A stretch of 48,852 bases of DNA from positions 1-48,852 of the IMG/VR virus record IMGVR_UViG_3300010399_000003; one strand, written 5' to 3'. How positions within the stretch are numbered: position 1 is the stretch's first letter; the number at the start of each line of letters is the position of its first letter. Shown here piece after piece: positions 17,886 through 26,416 of the stretch. The translations under genes were made by a program, and so were the position numbers. Origin of the DNA: a virus. The notes under the pieces were generated by a model that worked only from the letters and a program-made list of their open reading frames with translations, was not told the DNA's origin and searched no databases.

Positions 17886-18236
17886 GTGCTCATGTCCGGA
17901 GAGATGAAGAATGAATTGGTCAAGTTCGTGTGTGGCGTTGAAGATCACGTCCTGCACGTCTCCATCTATCGCGGGAAGAAGGACATCCACACGATGTGCA
18001 AGTGGAAGACCCCGGATGGGAAGACCAAGACCGGGTGCCGGGCATATTTCGAGCTCCACGAGGTGGACGAAGCACAGAAAGCGTTCAAGAAGCTGCTGAA
18101 GGAGGCGGAAGAGCAGGGTTGGAAGGTGCTGGAGAAGACGCAGCGGTCGACCGGCTTCAACTCGATCCCGGCTGCACCGAAACCGGCATCGTCCAGGGTG
18201 AGCCAGCTGGCCACTCCAGCGTCGGGCAAGAAGTAG
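17886..18236 (+). CDS. hypothetical protein
   Basis: 116-aa ORF with AAGGAG SD. Confidence 0.5.
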   Translation: MLMSGEMKNELVKFVCGVEDHVLHVSIYRGKKDIHTMCKWKTPDGKTKTGCRAYFELHEVDEAQKAFKKLLKEAEEQGWKVLEKTQRSTGFNSIPAAPKPASSRVSQLATPASGKK

Positions 18237-18319
18237 GATCTAGAAACGCGGGAGGGCGGACAAATAGGGTCCGCCCTCCGGAGTCGTCGCCGGAATGAAC
18301 CGGCCTGAAGAGGATCCGT
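18234..18319 (+). promoter_or_regulatory. conserved intergenic cassette copy D
   Basis: TAGGATCTAGAAAC, then hairpin GGAGGGCGGAC-aaatagg-GTCCGCCCTCC, then GGAATGAACCGGCCTGAAGAGGATCCGT, then ATG. Confidence 0.6.
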
Positions 18320-18784
18320 ATGTCACGAAAGTTGCCGGAACGTTTTCTCAAGTCTGATGGCGAGTCGTTCTGCTCGGTCTGCGACAAGGTCCGAGCGCTC
18401 TGCCGGATGTGCGATCGGTGTCGCGAGCACTGTGAGTGCCCTGAATCATGCGAAGTCTGCGGTGGTCTGACCGGTCCGTTGGCCAGTGCAGTCGCCGACG
18501 TCCAAAAGTTAGAAGTCTGCGGCTGCGTCGATTGCATCATCTGTGGTGAGAAGACTCATCGGGATTACGCGGATTACGGATACGGCCTGACGGAAGAAGA
18601 GGCGTTCGAGAACTCGGGAACGACTGCCACGGCAGTCTGCGAAAAGTGCGTGGCGAAAGGCAAGACTCCGCCGCCGGCAAGTCAGCGTGGGTTTGGCACG
18701 GTAGAACCGCATCGGTGCCCGGAATGCGGTGGTGCGCTCGGTGATTGGGGTTGCGTGACAGTCGGTTGTAACGGAGGACGATGA
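18320..18784 (+). CDS. Cys-rich multi-CxxC zinc-binding protein
   Basis: At least 12 CxxC pairs (CSVC, CRMC, CDRC, CEVC, CGCVDC, CIIC, CEKC, CPEC). Follows the conserved cassette. Confidence 0.55.
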   Translation: MSRKLPERFLKSDGESFCSVCDKVRALCRMCDRCREHCECPESCEVCGGLTGPLASAVADVQKLEVCGCVDCIICGEKTHRDYADYGYGLTEEEAFENSGTTATAVCEKCVAKGKTPPPASQRGFGTVEPHRCPECGGALGDWGCVTVGCNGGR

Positions 18785-19068
18785 TGGAAATGTTCAAGCT
18801 GCGTATCACGAATGTCGATATGGATGGCTACTGCGGCCGAACACACCACCCGGCGAAAAGCGACGAGGGCCTCGTGGTCGTTCCGTTGGGCATGGACGGG
18901 TGCTGGGCCGGTGAGTCATCCTACAATCCGTTGCTTGACGGTGGTCAAGCGGCGAGCGTCAAGCAGGGTTTGGATCAGGAATGGCATGAAATCTGCTGGA
19001 CCTGTCTGACCGAAGACGGCCGCACGCTCGAGCTCATGAACCATGAAGTGGAGCTCGTCCATGGCTGA
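18781..19068 (+). CDS. hypothetical protein
   Basis: ATGATG overlap with the upstream stop. Confidence 0.5.
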   Translation: MMEMFKLRITNVDMDGYCGRTHHPAKSDEGLVVVPLGMDGCWAGESSYNPLLDGGQAASVKQGLDQEWHEICWTCLTEDGRTLELMNHEVELVHG

Positions 19069-19318
19069 AGAACGTCGCACACCGCAAACAATCGAATTGG
19101 ATTGTCCTCCTGGCGATCCGCGGCCCGGTGATCTCATTGAACAAGTCATTGAGGGCACCGGTCTGCCGCTGCGCGACGCGGTCAGCCGGTTCTTCGGCAA
19201 CTGGACGTGGAATTACGAAGATGTTTCCCACGAGAAGTGGATGGAAATCCGTCCGATCTTAAAGCAGCGCATTACCGCGCTCTACGAGTCTGGCAAAATT
19301 CGATACGGGAGTTGGTGA
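19061..19318 (+). CDS. hypothetical protein
   Basis: ATGGCTGA overlap with the upstream stop. Confidence 0.45.
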   Translation: MAEERRTPQTIELDCPPGDPRPGDLIEQVIEGTGLPLRDAVSRFFGNWTWNYEDVSHEKWMEIRPILKQRITALYESGKIRYGSW

Positions 19319-19521
19319 TGGCGAATCGTTACGAAGTGGTTGTCGGCAACGTCGGAACGGTATATGATGGGTCGAGTCTGGATGCGACGTTGAAAGTGTT
19401 CAAGGAATACCAAGACCAATCGAAGAGCGGCGTCGGTCGTGCAGCCGGCGAGGATGTCACGGTGCTGAAGAATGGCACCGTGCGTTGGGATTACGATGGT
19501 AAAAGTCGGAGGCTTCGCTAA
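19318..19521 (+). CDS. hypothetical protein
   Basis: TGATG overlap. Confidence 0.45.
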   Translation: MANRYEVVVGNVGTVYDGSSLDATLKVFKEYQDQSKSGVGRAAGEDVTVLKNGTVRWDYDGKSRRLR

Positions 19522-19817
19522 TGCCTATCGAACATAACAAGAGCGGAAGCACGACGCTCACCGGCGACTCAATCGATTTCTTCCGGCTGGCTATGCTCAA
19601 GTCGGCGGTCGGCTTGGAGTTGAAAGGGATTCGCGTGACGCGCGGTCCGGTCGTCTGGAAGCGGGTCAAGAACGAATTCAACCTGAAAGCCAAAACCAAA
19701 AAGGAAGTCTATCAGTGGCTCTGCGCCGAGGTCGAACGGTTGAAGGCGTTGCAAGAGCACGTGGTTCACGAAGACGGTCGGGTCAAGCGCGAAGTCGGCG
19801 GGAAGGAGATTCAGTGA
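19521..19817 (+). CDS. hypothetical protein
   Basis: TAATG overlap. Confidence 0.5.
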   Translation: MPIEHNKSGSTTLTGDSIDFFRLAMLKSAVGLELKGIRVTRGPVVWKRVKNEFNLKAKTKKEVYQWLCAEVERLKALQEHVVHEDGRVKREVGGKEIQ

Positions 19818-19876
19818 AATTGAAGAAGCAGTTGGATCGGCTCAGTCGGCCAATCAAGATCTATTGAGCGGTCCGA

Positions 19877-20095
19877 GTGGCCTTCGGTCGGAAGGTCCCA
19901 AACGGATGGCTCCCGGTGTTCAGTGTGGACACGGTGGCTGAGGCGCGTCGGCTGATTACGTTGGCCTGTCCGATGGATGACAGCGGCAACTACTATGCTC
20001 GAGAACTTGCCGAAGAACAGACGCTCGACAACTTGCAGAAGTTCGGCGATAAGTTGGCGCTGGCTTATGCGCATATGAAGAGGATGAATCCATGA
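19877..20095 (+). CDS. hypothetical protein
   Basis: 72-aa ORF. Confidence 0.45.
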   Translation: MAFGRKVPNGWLPVFSVDTVAEARRLITLACPMDDSGNYYARELAEEQTLDNLQKFGDKLALAYAHMKRMNP

Positions 20096-20556
20096 ACATC
20101 ACGCACGCCGACCACGGGTTGGCTCCTGAACACCTCGCGTTTATTCAGCAGTGCATTCTCGATCATACGGAGCAACTGGGTTTGACCGGCTTCCTCCTGA
20201 CCACCGTGACAATGCCGGATTGGTTGCCGACGCTCGACTGTGGGTTGCATGGTCCGCGGATGGGTGATCCGGTGGTTCCGGAAAACGACGTCTTCTACCA
20301 TGTCCGTGGTTCCCGAAAGTGGGCGTCTCGGTTGTGCGACCGTCCGGCCCGACCGAGTCATCAGATGACGATCATCGCGGCGCTGGATGTGTCACTGAAA
20401 ACGGTCAACGTCATCACGGCATTCGGCGGTCCGTTGGCGCCGAAAGAACCCGGCGATCCGACGTTGATGACGATGGATGAAATTCTCGAATCGCGGAAGT
20501 TCTGGTCCGAGCACGCGCTCAGTGGTGCTCGCTTTGGAGATGGAGGACGAGCGTAA
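20092..20556 (+). CDS. hypothetical protein
   Basis: ATGA overlap. Confidence 0.5.
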   Translation: MNITHADHGLAPEHLAFIQQCILDHTEQLGLTGFLLTTVTMPDWLPTLDCGLHGPRMGDPVVPENDVFYHVRGSRKWASRLCDRPARPSHQMTIIAALDVSLKTVNVITAFGGPLAPKEPGDPTLMTMDEILESRKFWSEHALSGARFGDGGRA

Positions 20557-20756
20557 TGGAAAACGTGAAGCGACCCACGGTCAAACTTGTCGGTGCCGAC
20601 GGCAACGTGTTCAACATCATCGCGCTGTGTAAGGTCGCGGCGCGCAAATCGGGATGGACGAAAGAGAAAATCGATGCGCTGGTTCAGGATCTGATGCACA
20701 GTCGCGATTACGACGACGTCTTGGGCAAGGTCATGGAACAATTCGACGTGGAGTAG
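20556..20756 (+). CDS. hypothetical protein
   Basis: TAATG overlap. Confidence 0.5.
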   Translation: MENVKRPTVKLVGADGNVFNIIALCKVAARKSGWTKEKIDALVQDLMHSRDYDDVLGKVMEQFDVE

Positions 20757-20781
20757 ACAGATTTCCAAACTTAGGTCAATC

Positions 20782-21051
20782 ATGATGAAAAAGATTTTCT
20801 TCCTCGCGGCTGGCGCCGGATTCATGGCGCTGGCCATCGCGACCTGTGTGCAGGGAACACAGCAAGCATCACAATTACAGGCGGAGAAGCCGACGGTCGT
20901 GGTGCCGGATTGGCGACTGGTCGGCACTTTGGAAAACAGCGCAGGGCAACCAGCTGTCGCGCTGTGGTTCAATCGCCTCACGCGCACATGCTTGGCTGTC
21001 GGTGTTGATGGGACGGTGACGAAATTGTGGGATAGTGATTGTGAGGAGTAA
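20782..21051 (+). CDS. secreted or lipoprotein-like small protein
   Basis: N-terminal signal-peptide-like MMKKIFFLAAGAGFMALAIATC with a lipobox-like AIATC. Preceded by the GATTTCCAAACTTAGGTC motif. Confidence 0.55.
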   Translation: MMKKIFFLAAGAGFMALAIATCVQGTQQASQLQAEKPTVVVPDWRLVGTLENSAGQPAVALWFNRLTRTCLAVGVDGTVTKLWDSDCEE

Positions 21052-21264
21052 ATGCTGAATCTGACTATCGGTGCCACTTACATCGTCCGACCAGGTGATC
21101 ACTTCGAGTTAGTGCTGCCGGATGGCACGACGCTGAGTGTCGAGCAAACGCAAGATGACTTTTCCATCATTCATACGAATGACGAAGTCGCGTATCGCAC
21201 GCCGACGAGTCAATTCGCGAAAGAGAACGAAGCAGATCAACCGCGTGTGACGGGTCGGAAGTAG
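21052..21264 (+). CDS. hypothetical protein
   Basis: TAAATG junction with the upstream gene. Confidence 0.45.
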   Translation: MLNLTIGATYIVRPGDHFELVLPDGTTLSVEQTQDDFSIIHTNDEVAYRTPTSQFAKENEADQPRVTGRK

Positions 21265-21327
21265 GAGCTAGAAAGGTGGTCATCGTGACCACCTCGCCCG
21301 AATCAACGGGCCTGAGGAGGTTCCTGC
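21262..21327 (+). promoter_or_regulatory. conserved intergenic cassette copy E
   Basis: TAGGAGCTAGAAA, then hairpin GGTGGTCA-tcg-TGACCACC, then GAATCAACGGGCCTGAGGAGGTTCCTGC, then ATG. Confidence 0.6.
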
Positions 21328-21618
21328 ATGGAAGTGGGACAGTTCATGAAGTTGGAAGGATACGATCAGGTGGCGAAGGCCCAGACGGATTATGGGTTCG
21401 TCGGTGTCTATTCCAACAACCACAATTTCCTCTTCGTCGTGACGGTCGAAGAGGAAGCGATGAGCGATGGGGAGGGCATTCACGGCCGCGTCGAAGGTGA
21501 GTATCCGTATCACAGCGACGATGAGCAGGGCGCGGCGGAAATCAGTGGTTGGCGCGATGCGTATGAAAAGGCGCTCATGCAGTTGGTCCAATTGACGATG
21601 AGGTTCACCCATGAGTGA
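21328..21618 (+). CDS. hypothetical acidic protein
   Basis: Follows the conserved cassette and leader. Confidence 0.5.
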   Translation: MEVGQFMKLEGYDQVAKAQTDYGFVGVYSNNHNFLFVVTVEEEAMSDGEGIHGRVEGEYPYHSDDEQGAAEISGWRDAYEKALMQLVQLTMRFTHE

Positions 21619-21844
21619 GCAGAAATCGGTGACAGAATCCGAGCGTCGCACGTTAGGACTCGTCATGGCGCTGCTCGAGACGATCAAGGAAACCGGAGCA
21701 CAAGGCGCGCCATCCGGTGTGTGCTATACGGCGTTCATGATGCACGGTATATCCTACGTCGAATATCTGAAACTCGTCGATATCGCGTTGCGGACCGGCA
21801 AGGTCCGTCAGTCCGCCAACTGTTTCTATTGGATTGGAGAATAA
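21611..21844 (+). CDS. hypothetical protein
   Basis: Overlapping start. Confidence 0.5.
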   Translation: MSEQKSVTESERRTLGLVMALLETIKETGAQGAPSGVCYTAFMMHGISYVEYLKLVDIALRTGKVRQSANCFYWIGE

Positions 21845-21846
21845 TC

Positions 21847-22272
21847 ATGTCAAAGCCGATGCTGAACCTCAAGATTAACGTGAAGGAAGAGAACGTCAAT
21901 CGCGCCTGCACGCGGAACTCGCACTGCTGCATGATCGCCGACGCCGTTCGGGATCGTCTGAAGTGGGCGACGTTCATCGAAGTAGATGCACAGTCGATTC
22001 GCTTCAACGATCGGAAGAAAGGCATCCGCTACATCTACCTGACTCCACCGGAAGCACAGAAAGCCATCGTGCTCTTCGACCAGGGAGTCAAAGTCAAGCC
22101 GTTCAGCTTCCACCTGTCACAGGGATTCATGAAGACGCGGGTGATGCGAGCACGTCAGAAGAAAGCGAAGAAGACGTCGCGCGAATACAAGAAGGCGAAT
22201 CCGACGAAGAAGTCGACGAAGCGGACTCCGGCGTTCATTCGGCAGTTCGGTCTCCGCGGTCTGACCAAGTAG
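21847..22272 (+). CDS. hypothetical protein with a Lys/Arg-rich C-terminus
   Basis: ATG 2 nt after the upstream stop; C-terminal KKAKKTSREYKKANPTKKSTKRTP. Confidence 0.5.
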   Translation: MSKPMLNLKINVKEENVNRACTRNSHCCMIADAVRDRLKWATFIEVDAQSIRFNDRKKGIRYIYLTPPEAQKAIVLFDQGVKVKPFSFHLSQGFMKTRVMRARQKKAKKTSREYKKANPTKKSTKRTPAFIRQFGLRGLTK

Positions 22273-22283
22273 GAGCATTTCCA

Positions 22284-22787
22284 ATGTTCAATCAGTGCAC
22301 CTGCGTGATGCTCGATGCTCCGGTCGACGACATCCCATGCGAATTTTGCGCGACGATGATCTGGGCAGCGGAACTCGAAGCGAAGATCAAGGCGCTACCG
22401 ACTCATGACGATCTGGAAGACGCGAAGATGGATCGTTCTGAGATTGAGGACGCGGTTGATGACGTCCTCAAGGACAGTTACGTCAAGGAAGAAGATCTCG
22501 AAACCGAGTTCGAACGATACATCAAGGACATCGACCTCGTTGACCGAGAAGATCTGAACGACTACGTGCTCGACTCGGAACTCGAAGAGAAGATCAGCGA
22601 AGCGCTGAACGATACCGATCTCGTGCGCGATGTGGCGGCTGGCGCGGCGGAAGGCGCGATGCGTAATCTGAATCGCTTCGCGACGAAACAGGAAGTCGTC
22701 GACATCGCGCTCGAAACGCTCAAGACGGCAATCCAAAATATGCCGTTCTGGACACGGCTTCGTTTGCTGTTTGGGCGGTCGGCATGA
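22284..22787 (+). CDS. hypothetical acidic protein
   Basis: Start at MFNQCT preceded by TAGGAGCATTTCCA; rich in Asp and Glu. Confidence 0.5.
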   Translation: MFNQCTCVMLDAPVDDIPCEFCATMIWAAELEAKIKALPTHDDLEDAKMDRSEIEDAVDDVLKDSYVKEEDLETEFERYIKDIDLVDREDLNDYVLDSELEEKISEALNDTDLVRDVAAGAAEGAMRNLNRFATKQEVVDIALETLKTAIQNMPFWTRLRLLFGRSA

Positions 22788-23020
22788 TCGAGAAATTTTC
22801 GGTCTGCCAGTGGTTCGACGACGGTCAGTACGATTACGAACTTCGCTACGTTCCTCTAGAACGAGCAGTCACGCGCGCCATGGGGATCGCCCACAGTGTG
22901 GGCGGTCGCCTTGGCACAACCGTCCGAGTCATCATCACTGATGGTGATGACTCGATTGTTTGGGAATGGAAACATGGTGAGGGCATTGTGTTCCCACCGG
23001 AACTGAAAGGTGCCCACTAA
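22784..23020 (+). CDS. hypothetical protein
   Basis: ATGA overlap. Confidence 0.45.
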   Translation: MIEKFSVCQWFDDGQYDYELRYVPLERAVTRAMGIAHSVGGRLGTTVRVIITDGDDSIVWEWKHGEGIVFPPELKGAH

Positions 23021-24537
23021 TGGGACACTTCACAATCGCCAAACCGACGCACGAGCAACTCGCCATTCGTGACGAGTTCATCCATGGTCGGAAACCGTTC
23101 ATGGTCGTTGCTCGTGCAGGTGTTGGAAAGACCACGATGTCCTTCGATGGCATCGAACATTGTCCGGAGGTGCAGCGCGGCTGGGTGCTCTATCTCGCGT
23201 TCAACAAGAAGATCGAGATTGCCGCGAAAGAGAAAAACGGCGTCATCGTCGTCCGTGGGAAAGATGTGGGCACCCCATTGATTCCGCGATTGGAAATCAA
23301 GACCATTCACAGCACCGGCCTGCGCTTTATCCGAACTCGATGGCGTGATTGTGGAATCAGCTTCGAAGGAGAACGCGCGGATGCACTGACGGCAAGTGTG
23401 TGCGGAGCAACCGTGCCGGAAGACGTCGCGCGATTGGTCACGAAACTGCATACGAAGGCTCGTGAGATTAATCCGATGGCGCGTGCTATTGGCGATCTCA
23501 CAGACTTGGCCTTGCAGTTCGAATGCGAGCCAGACGAGGAGCATCAGATCAAAGGGTTTAATCTGGATTATGTCGAAGCACGCGCACTCGAAGCGATGGA
23601 GTTGGCGGCCATGAAAGAACCGTCAATCATCGATGGCGCCGACATGATCTTCCTGCCAATCCGCAATGGATGGTTGCGGCCGACGTGGGATTTTGCACTC
23701 GTCGATGAAACGCAGGATATGACTCCAGCCCAACTGCTCATCGCCAAAGGGATTGGAAAAGGTCGCCTCGGATTGGTCGGCGATGACCGGCAAGCGATCT
23801 ATCAGTTCCGCGGCGCGGGAGTCGGCACGATGAGTCGGCTTCAGCAGGAACTGCAAGCGAAGACGTATCCGATGACGGTCACCTTTCGGTGCGGAAAGAA
23901 GATCGTGGAACTCGCGCAGAATTTTGTTCCCGATCTGCAAGCGGCGGACTCCAATCCGGACGGTGAGGTGCTGGAAGGCTCAGTGGAGCAGATGTTGCAG
24001 ATGGCAGCACCCGGCGATTACGTGCTGAGTCGCCTGAATGCTCCACTCATGCCGATTGCGATGTCGTTCCTGAAAGCTGGCAAACGAGCGAAGATCAACG
24101 GCACGGATATCGGTCAGTCGCTCGTAAAGTTAGCGCGCAAATTGATGCGACGTGGTGATGAGTCCGTCGAGAACTTCATCACGCGCATCATGTTGTGGCG
24201 CGATAACCAAGTGTCGCGGCTCATCGCGGCGAAGCGGCCGCAACGCTACATCGATTTCGTCAACGATAAAGCGGAGATGATCATCGACCTTTGTGAAGAC
24301 ATGGGGTCGGTATCGGCTGTCATTTCGAGATTGGAAACACTGTTCATCGATGCTGGTCAGGGTGATACTGGCGTTATCCTGTGCTCCTCGGTCCACAAGG
24401 CGAAGGGTCTGGAAACCGATCGAGTATTCGTGCTCCGCGATTCACTTCGGTCACATACGGAAGAAGAATTGAATATCCAATACGTCGCGTTCACTCGAGC
24501 GAAAACCACGCTCATGCTGGTTAGCGGAGGTGTATAG
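23020..24537 (+). CDS. SF1 DNA helicase (Dda/RecD/UvrD-like)
   Basis: Walker A ARAGVGKTT, motif II LVDETQDM, and C-terminal SVHKAKGLETDRVFVL (motif V/VI). Confidence 0.8.
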   Translation: MGHFTIAKPTHEQLAIRDEFIHGRKPFMVVARAGVGKTTMSFDGIEHCPEVQRGWVLYLAFNKKIEIAAKEKNGVIVVRGKDVGTPLIPRLEIKTIHSTGLRFIRTRWRDCGISFEGERADALTASVCGATVPEDVARLVTKLHTKAREINPMARAIGDLTDLALQFECEPDEEHQIKGFNLDYVEARALEAMELAAMKEPSIIDGADMIFLPIRNGWLRPTWDFALVDETQDMTPAQLLIAKGIGKGRLGLVGDDRQAIYQFRGAGVGTMSRLQQELQAKTYPMTVTFRCGKKIVELAQNFVPDLQAADSNPDGEVLEGSVEQMLQMAAPGDYVLSRLNAPLMPIAMSFLKAGKRAKINGTDIGQSLVKLARKLMRRGDESVENFITRIMLWRDNQVSRLIAAKRPQRYIDFVNDKAEMIIDLCEDMGSVSAVISRLETLFIDAGQGDTGVILCSSVHKAKGLETDRVFVLRDSLRSHTEEELNIQYVAFTRAKTTLMLVSGGV

Positions 24538-24869
24538 TGCCTGGATTCAGGGAACTCACCGTCAAAGCATTGTTGAAGAAACTCGAAGACACCAAGATTC
24601 CGCGTTACATGCATCACACGCTCGCCTACTACATCGCCGAAGGCAAACCGACTGGTCATTTCCTGACCGCGGTGCTCACGAACGATTTGAAGGAAGCGTG
24701 CAATCGGGCGGACGACGATAACAAGGATCGGCTCTACGATTACGTGTTCTTCCTCTACAACAACGCGCCGTCCGCGTGCTGGGGTTCACCGGAAAACGTG
24801 GCCGAGTGGCGGAAGGAAACAGCCGTGAAGCAGGAGATCGCTGCCGCTGCTGCAGCGGAGGGTTCATGA
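24537..24869 (+). CDS. hypothetical protein
   Basis: TAGTG/ATG junction; 110 aa. Confidence 0.5.
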   Translation: MPGFRELTVKALLKKLEDTKIPRYMHHTLAYYIAEGKPTGHFLTAVLTNDLKEACNRADDDNKDRLYDYVFFLYNNAPSACWGSPENVAEWRKETAVKQEIAAAAAAEGS

Positions 24870-24870
24870 T

Positions 24871-25074
24871 ATGGTCATTCGAGTGCGGTTCGCAAAATTC
24901 GGTGCGCATTTCCATTGTCGGGTGTTCACAGCCAAGCGCAAGAATCAATCGTTCGGCAAATGCGGCGACTTGACCTTCGACGAGCGTGAATGGCCGGAGG
25001 TCCGGGAGATTCTCGAAAGTAGATCGATTGAAGTCTTGCCAGATGATGATTCCCACATCTTTAGTGGGCCGTGA
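24871..25074 (+). CDS. hypothetical protein
   Basis: 67-aa ORF. Confidence 0.4.
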   Translation: MVIRVRFAKFGAHFHCRVFTAKRKNQSFGKCGDLTFDEREWPEVREILESRSIEVLPDDDSHIFSGP

Positions 25075-25081
25075 GGTGTCA

Positions 25082-25231
25082 ATGCATAAAGTCTATCCGG
25101 AGATCATCGTCAAGCGATGGCTCCTGTCAATCGTGAATTGTTACGGACGTCGACAATTGTACGCAGCGCTGTGTCGTCGCTGGCGTGTCGCACAAGAACG
25201 TCGTATGAGAGGACAAGGGTGGCGAAGATGA
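25082..25231 (+). CDS. possible small basic protein
   Basis: Internal ATG of ORF 24986..; weak. Confidence 0.25.
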   Translation: MHKVYPEIIVKRWLLSIVNCYGRRQLYAALCRRWRVAQERRMRGQGWRR

Positions 25232-25443
25232 AGTTCGCAGTCACAGCCGTTGCCATCAGCCGGAGGACCCGGCGGCGGATGGGGAAAGCGAAAACCGAGG
25301 TCATTGATACTGCGCACAACGAGTTGTTCATGCAACTCGAAGATCCGAAAGAAATCGAAGAAGCCTACGAACACTGGTGGAATTGCCTCAATCCCAATTC
25401 GCCAGACACAGTCAAAGTGGTTGACGTCAGGAAGGTGGCATGA
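25228..25443 (+). CDS. hypothetical protein
   Basis: ATGA overlap; MKFAVTAVAISRRTRRR... Confidence 0.4.
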   Translation: MKFAVTAVAISRRTRRRMGKAKTEVIDTAHNELFMQLEDPKEIEEAYEHWWNCLNPNSPDTVKVVDVRKVA

Positions 25444-25739
25444 TGCCTCGCGTCGCACCGCACACATTTCCAAAAATCTTTCTGTCAATCGTGGAACAAC
25501 TCCACGACATGGGCGCAGTGAATCGAGAAACACCGTTGCCTGAATTTGTCGACATCGATTTCTTCACCGAAGAAGAATTGCAAGCCACCGACGATGCATT
25601 GTCGGAATTGTCAACTGACGAATTCGAGACGCTCTGCATCGGCGAAGCAACCGAAGCCGAGGCAATCGCCGCAAGAAGTCCCGCGCTGACACGTGCAGAT
25701 CAAATCATGCTCTACGTCTTCGACGGGACAAAGCCATGA
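25440..25739 (+). CDS. hypothetical acidic protein
   Basis: ATGATG overlap. Confidence 0.45.
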   Translation: MMPRVAPHTFPKIFLSIVEQLHDMGAVNRETPLPEFVDIDFFTEEELQATDDALSELSTDEFETLCIGEATEAEAIAARSPALTRADQIMLYVFDGTKP

Positions 25740-26212
25740 TCATCGGCGTATCGGCCACGTCGCGCGGATTGACCGCGCGACAGAGTGCAACGATCTGGTG
25801 CTTGTTCGATGAATTCCGAATTTCGGTGCTGCATTTCGGCGACTGTGTGGGTGGCGATGCGCAGTTATTTCGTATCGCTCAGCAGATGGGTGCGTGGACG
25901 GTGGCACATCCACCGTCCAACCCCAAAGCGCGTGCCTTCTGCAAAGCCGATCAGACTATGGATCCTGTGCCGTATCTCAAGCGTAATTGGCACATCGTCT
26001 ATGCCTGTGACGGCTTCATCGGTGCGCCGAAGGATTTCCATCAACCGAAGAACCTGCGCGGTCAGGGCACATGGACAACAATCGGATATGCGCGTAAGCG
26101 CCAGAAGGAGATGAACGGGATTCCGAGAATTTGGTTGGTCATGCCGGATGGGACATTTCGCGAGGAGAAGTTCAATGCTGGTGACGCCGGAAACGCATCG
26201 CATCGAGATTGA
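25736..26212 (+). CDS. hypothetical protein, possibly with a Rossmann-like N-terminus
   Basis: ATGA overlap; IIGVSATSRGLTARQ. Confidence 0.5.
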   Translation: MIIGVSATSRGLTARQSATIWCLFDEFRISVLHFGDCVGGDAQLFRIAQQMGAWTVAHPPSNPKARAFCKADQTMDPVPYLKRNWHIVYACDGFIGAPKDFHQPKNLRGQGTWTTIGYARKRQKEMNGIPRIWLVMPDGTFREEKFNAGDAGNASHRD

Positions 26213-26414
26213 AGCTCATATCGCGCCACCAATGCAACTGGCGGTGACAATTCCGCTGGCGATTGACGGAAGACACTCGCTCTTCGACGGTTATACCCTC
26301 TATGTGGCACTCGGCGGATTCCACTCGGAACGTCGCGAATCGCGACGTGTCCTGAAAGCCATTGCGAAAGCGATTGGCGAACATCTCAAAACTCTTCCCA
26401 GTGTGGAGGTCTAA
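26175..26414 (+). CDS. hypothetical protein
   Basis: Start uncertain (26148 or 26175). Confidence 0.35.
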   Translation: MLVTPETHRIEIEAHIAPPMQLAVTIPLAIDGRHSLFDGYTLYVALGGFHSERRESRRVLKAIAKAIGEHLKTLPSVEV

Positions 26415-26416
26415 AC

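Noticed and set aside
20361-21077. 238-aa minus-strand ORF
   Set aside because: Overlaps four coupled + strand genes; no RBS; composition artefact.
23017-23544. 175-aa minus-strand ORF
   Set aside because: Antisense to the SF1 helicase N-terminus.
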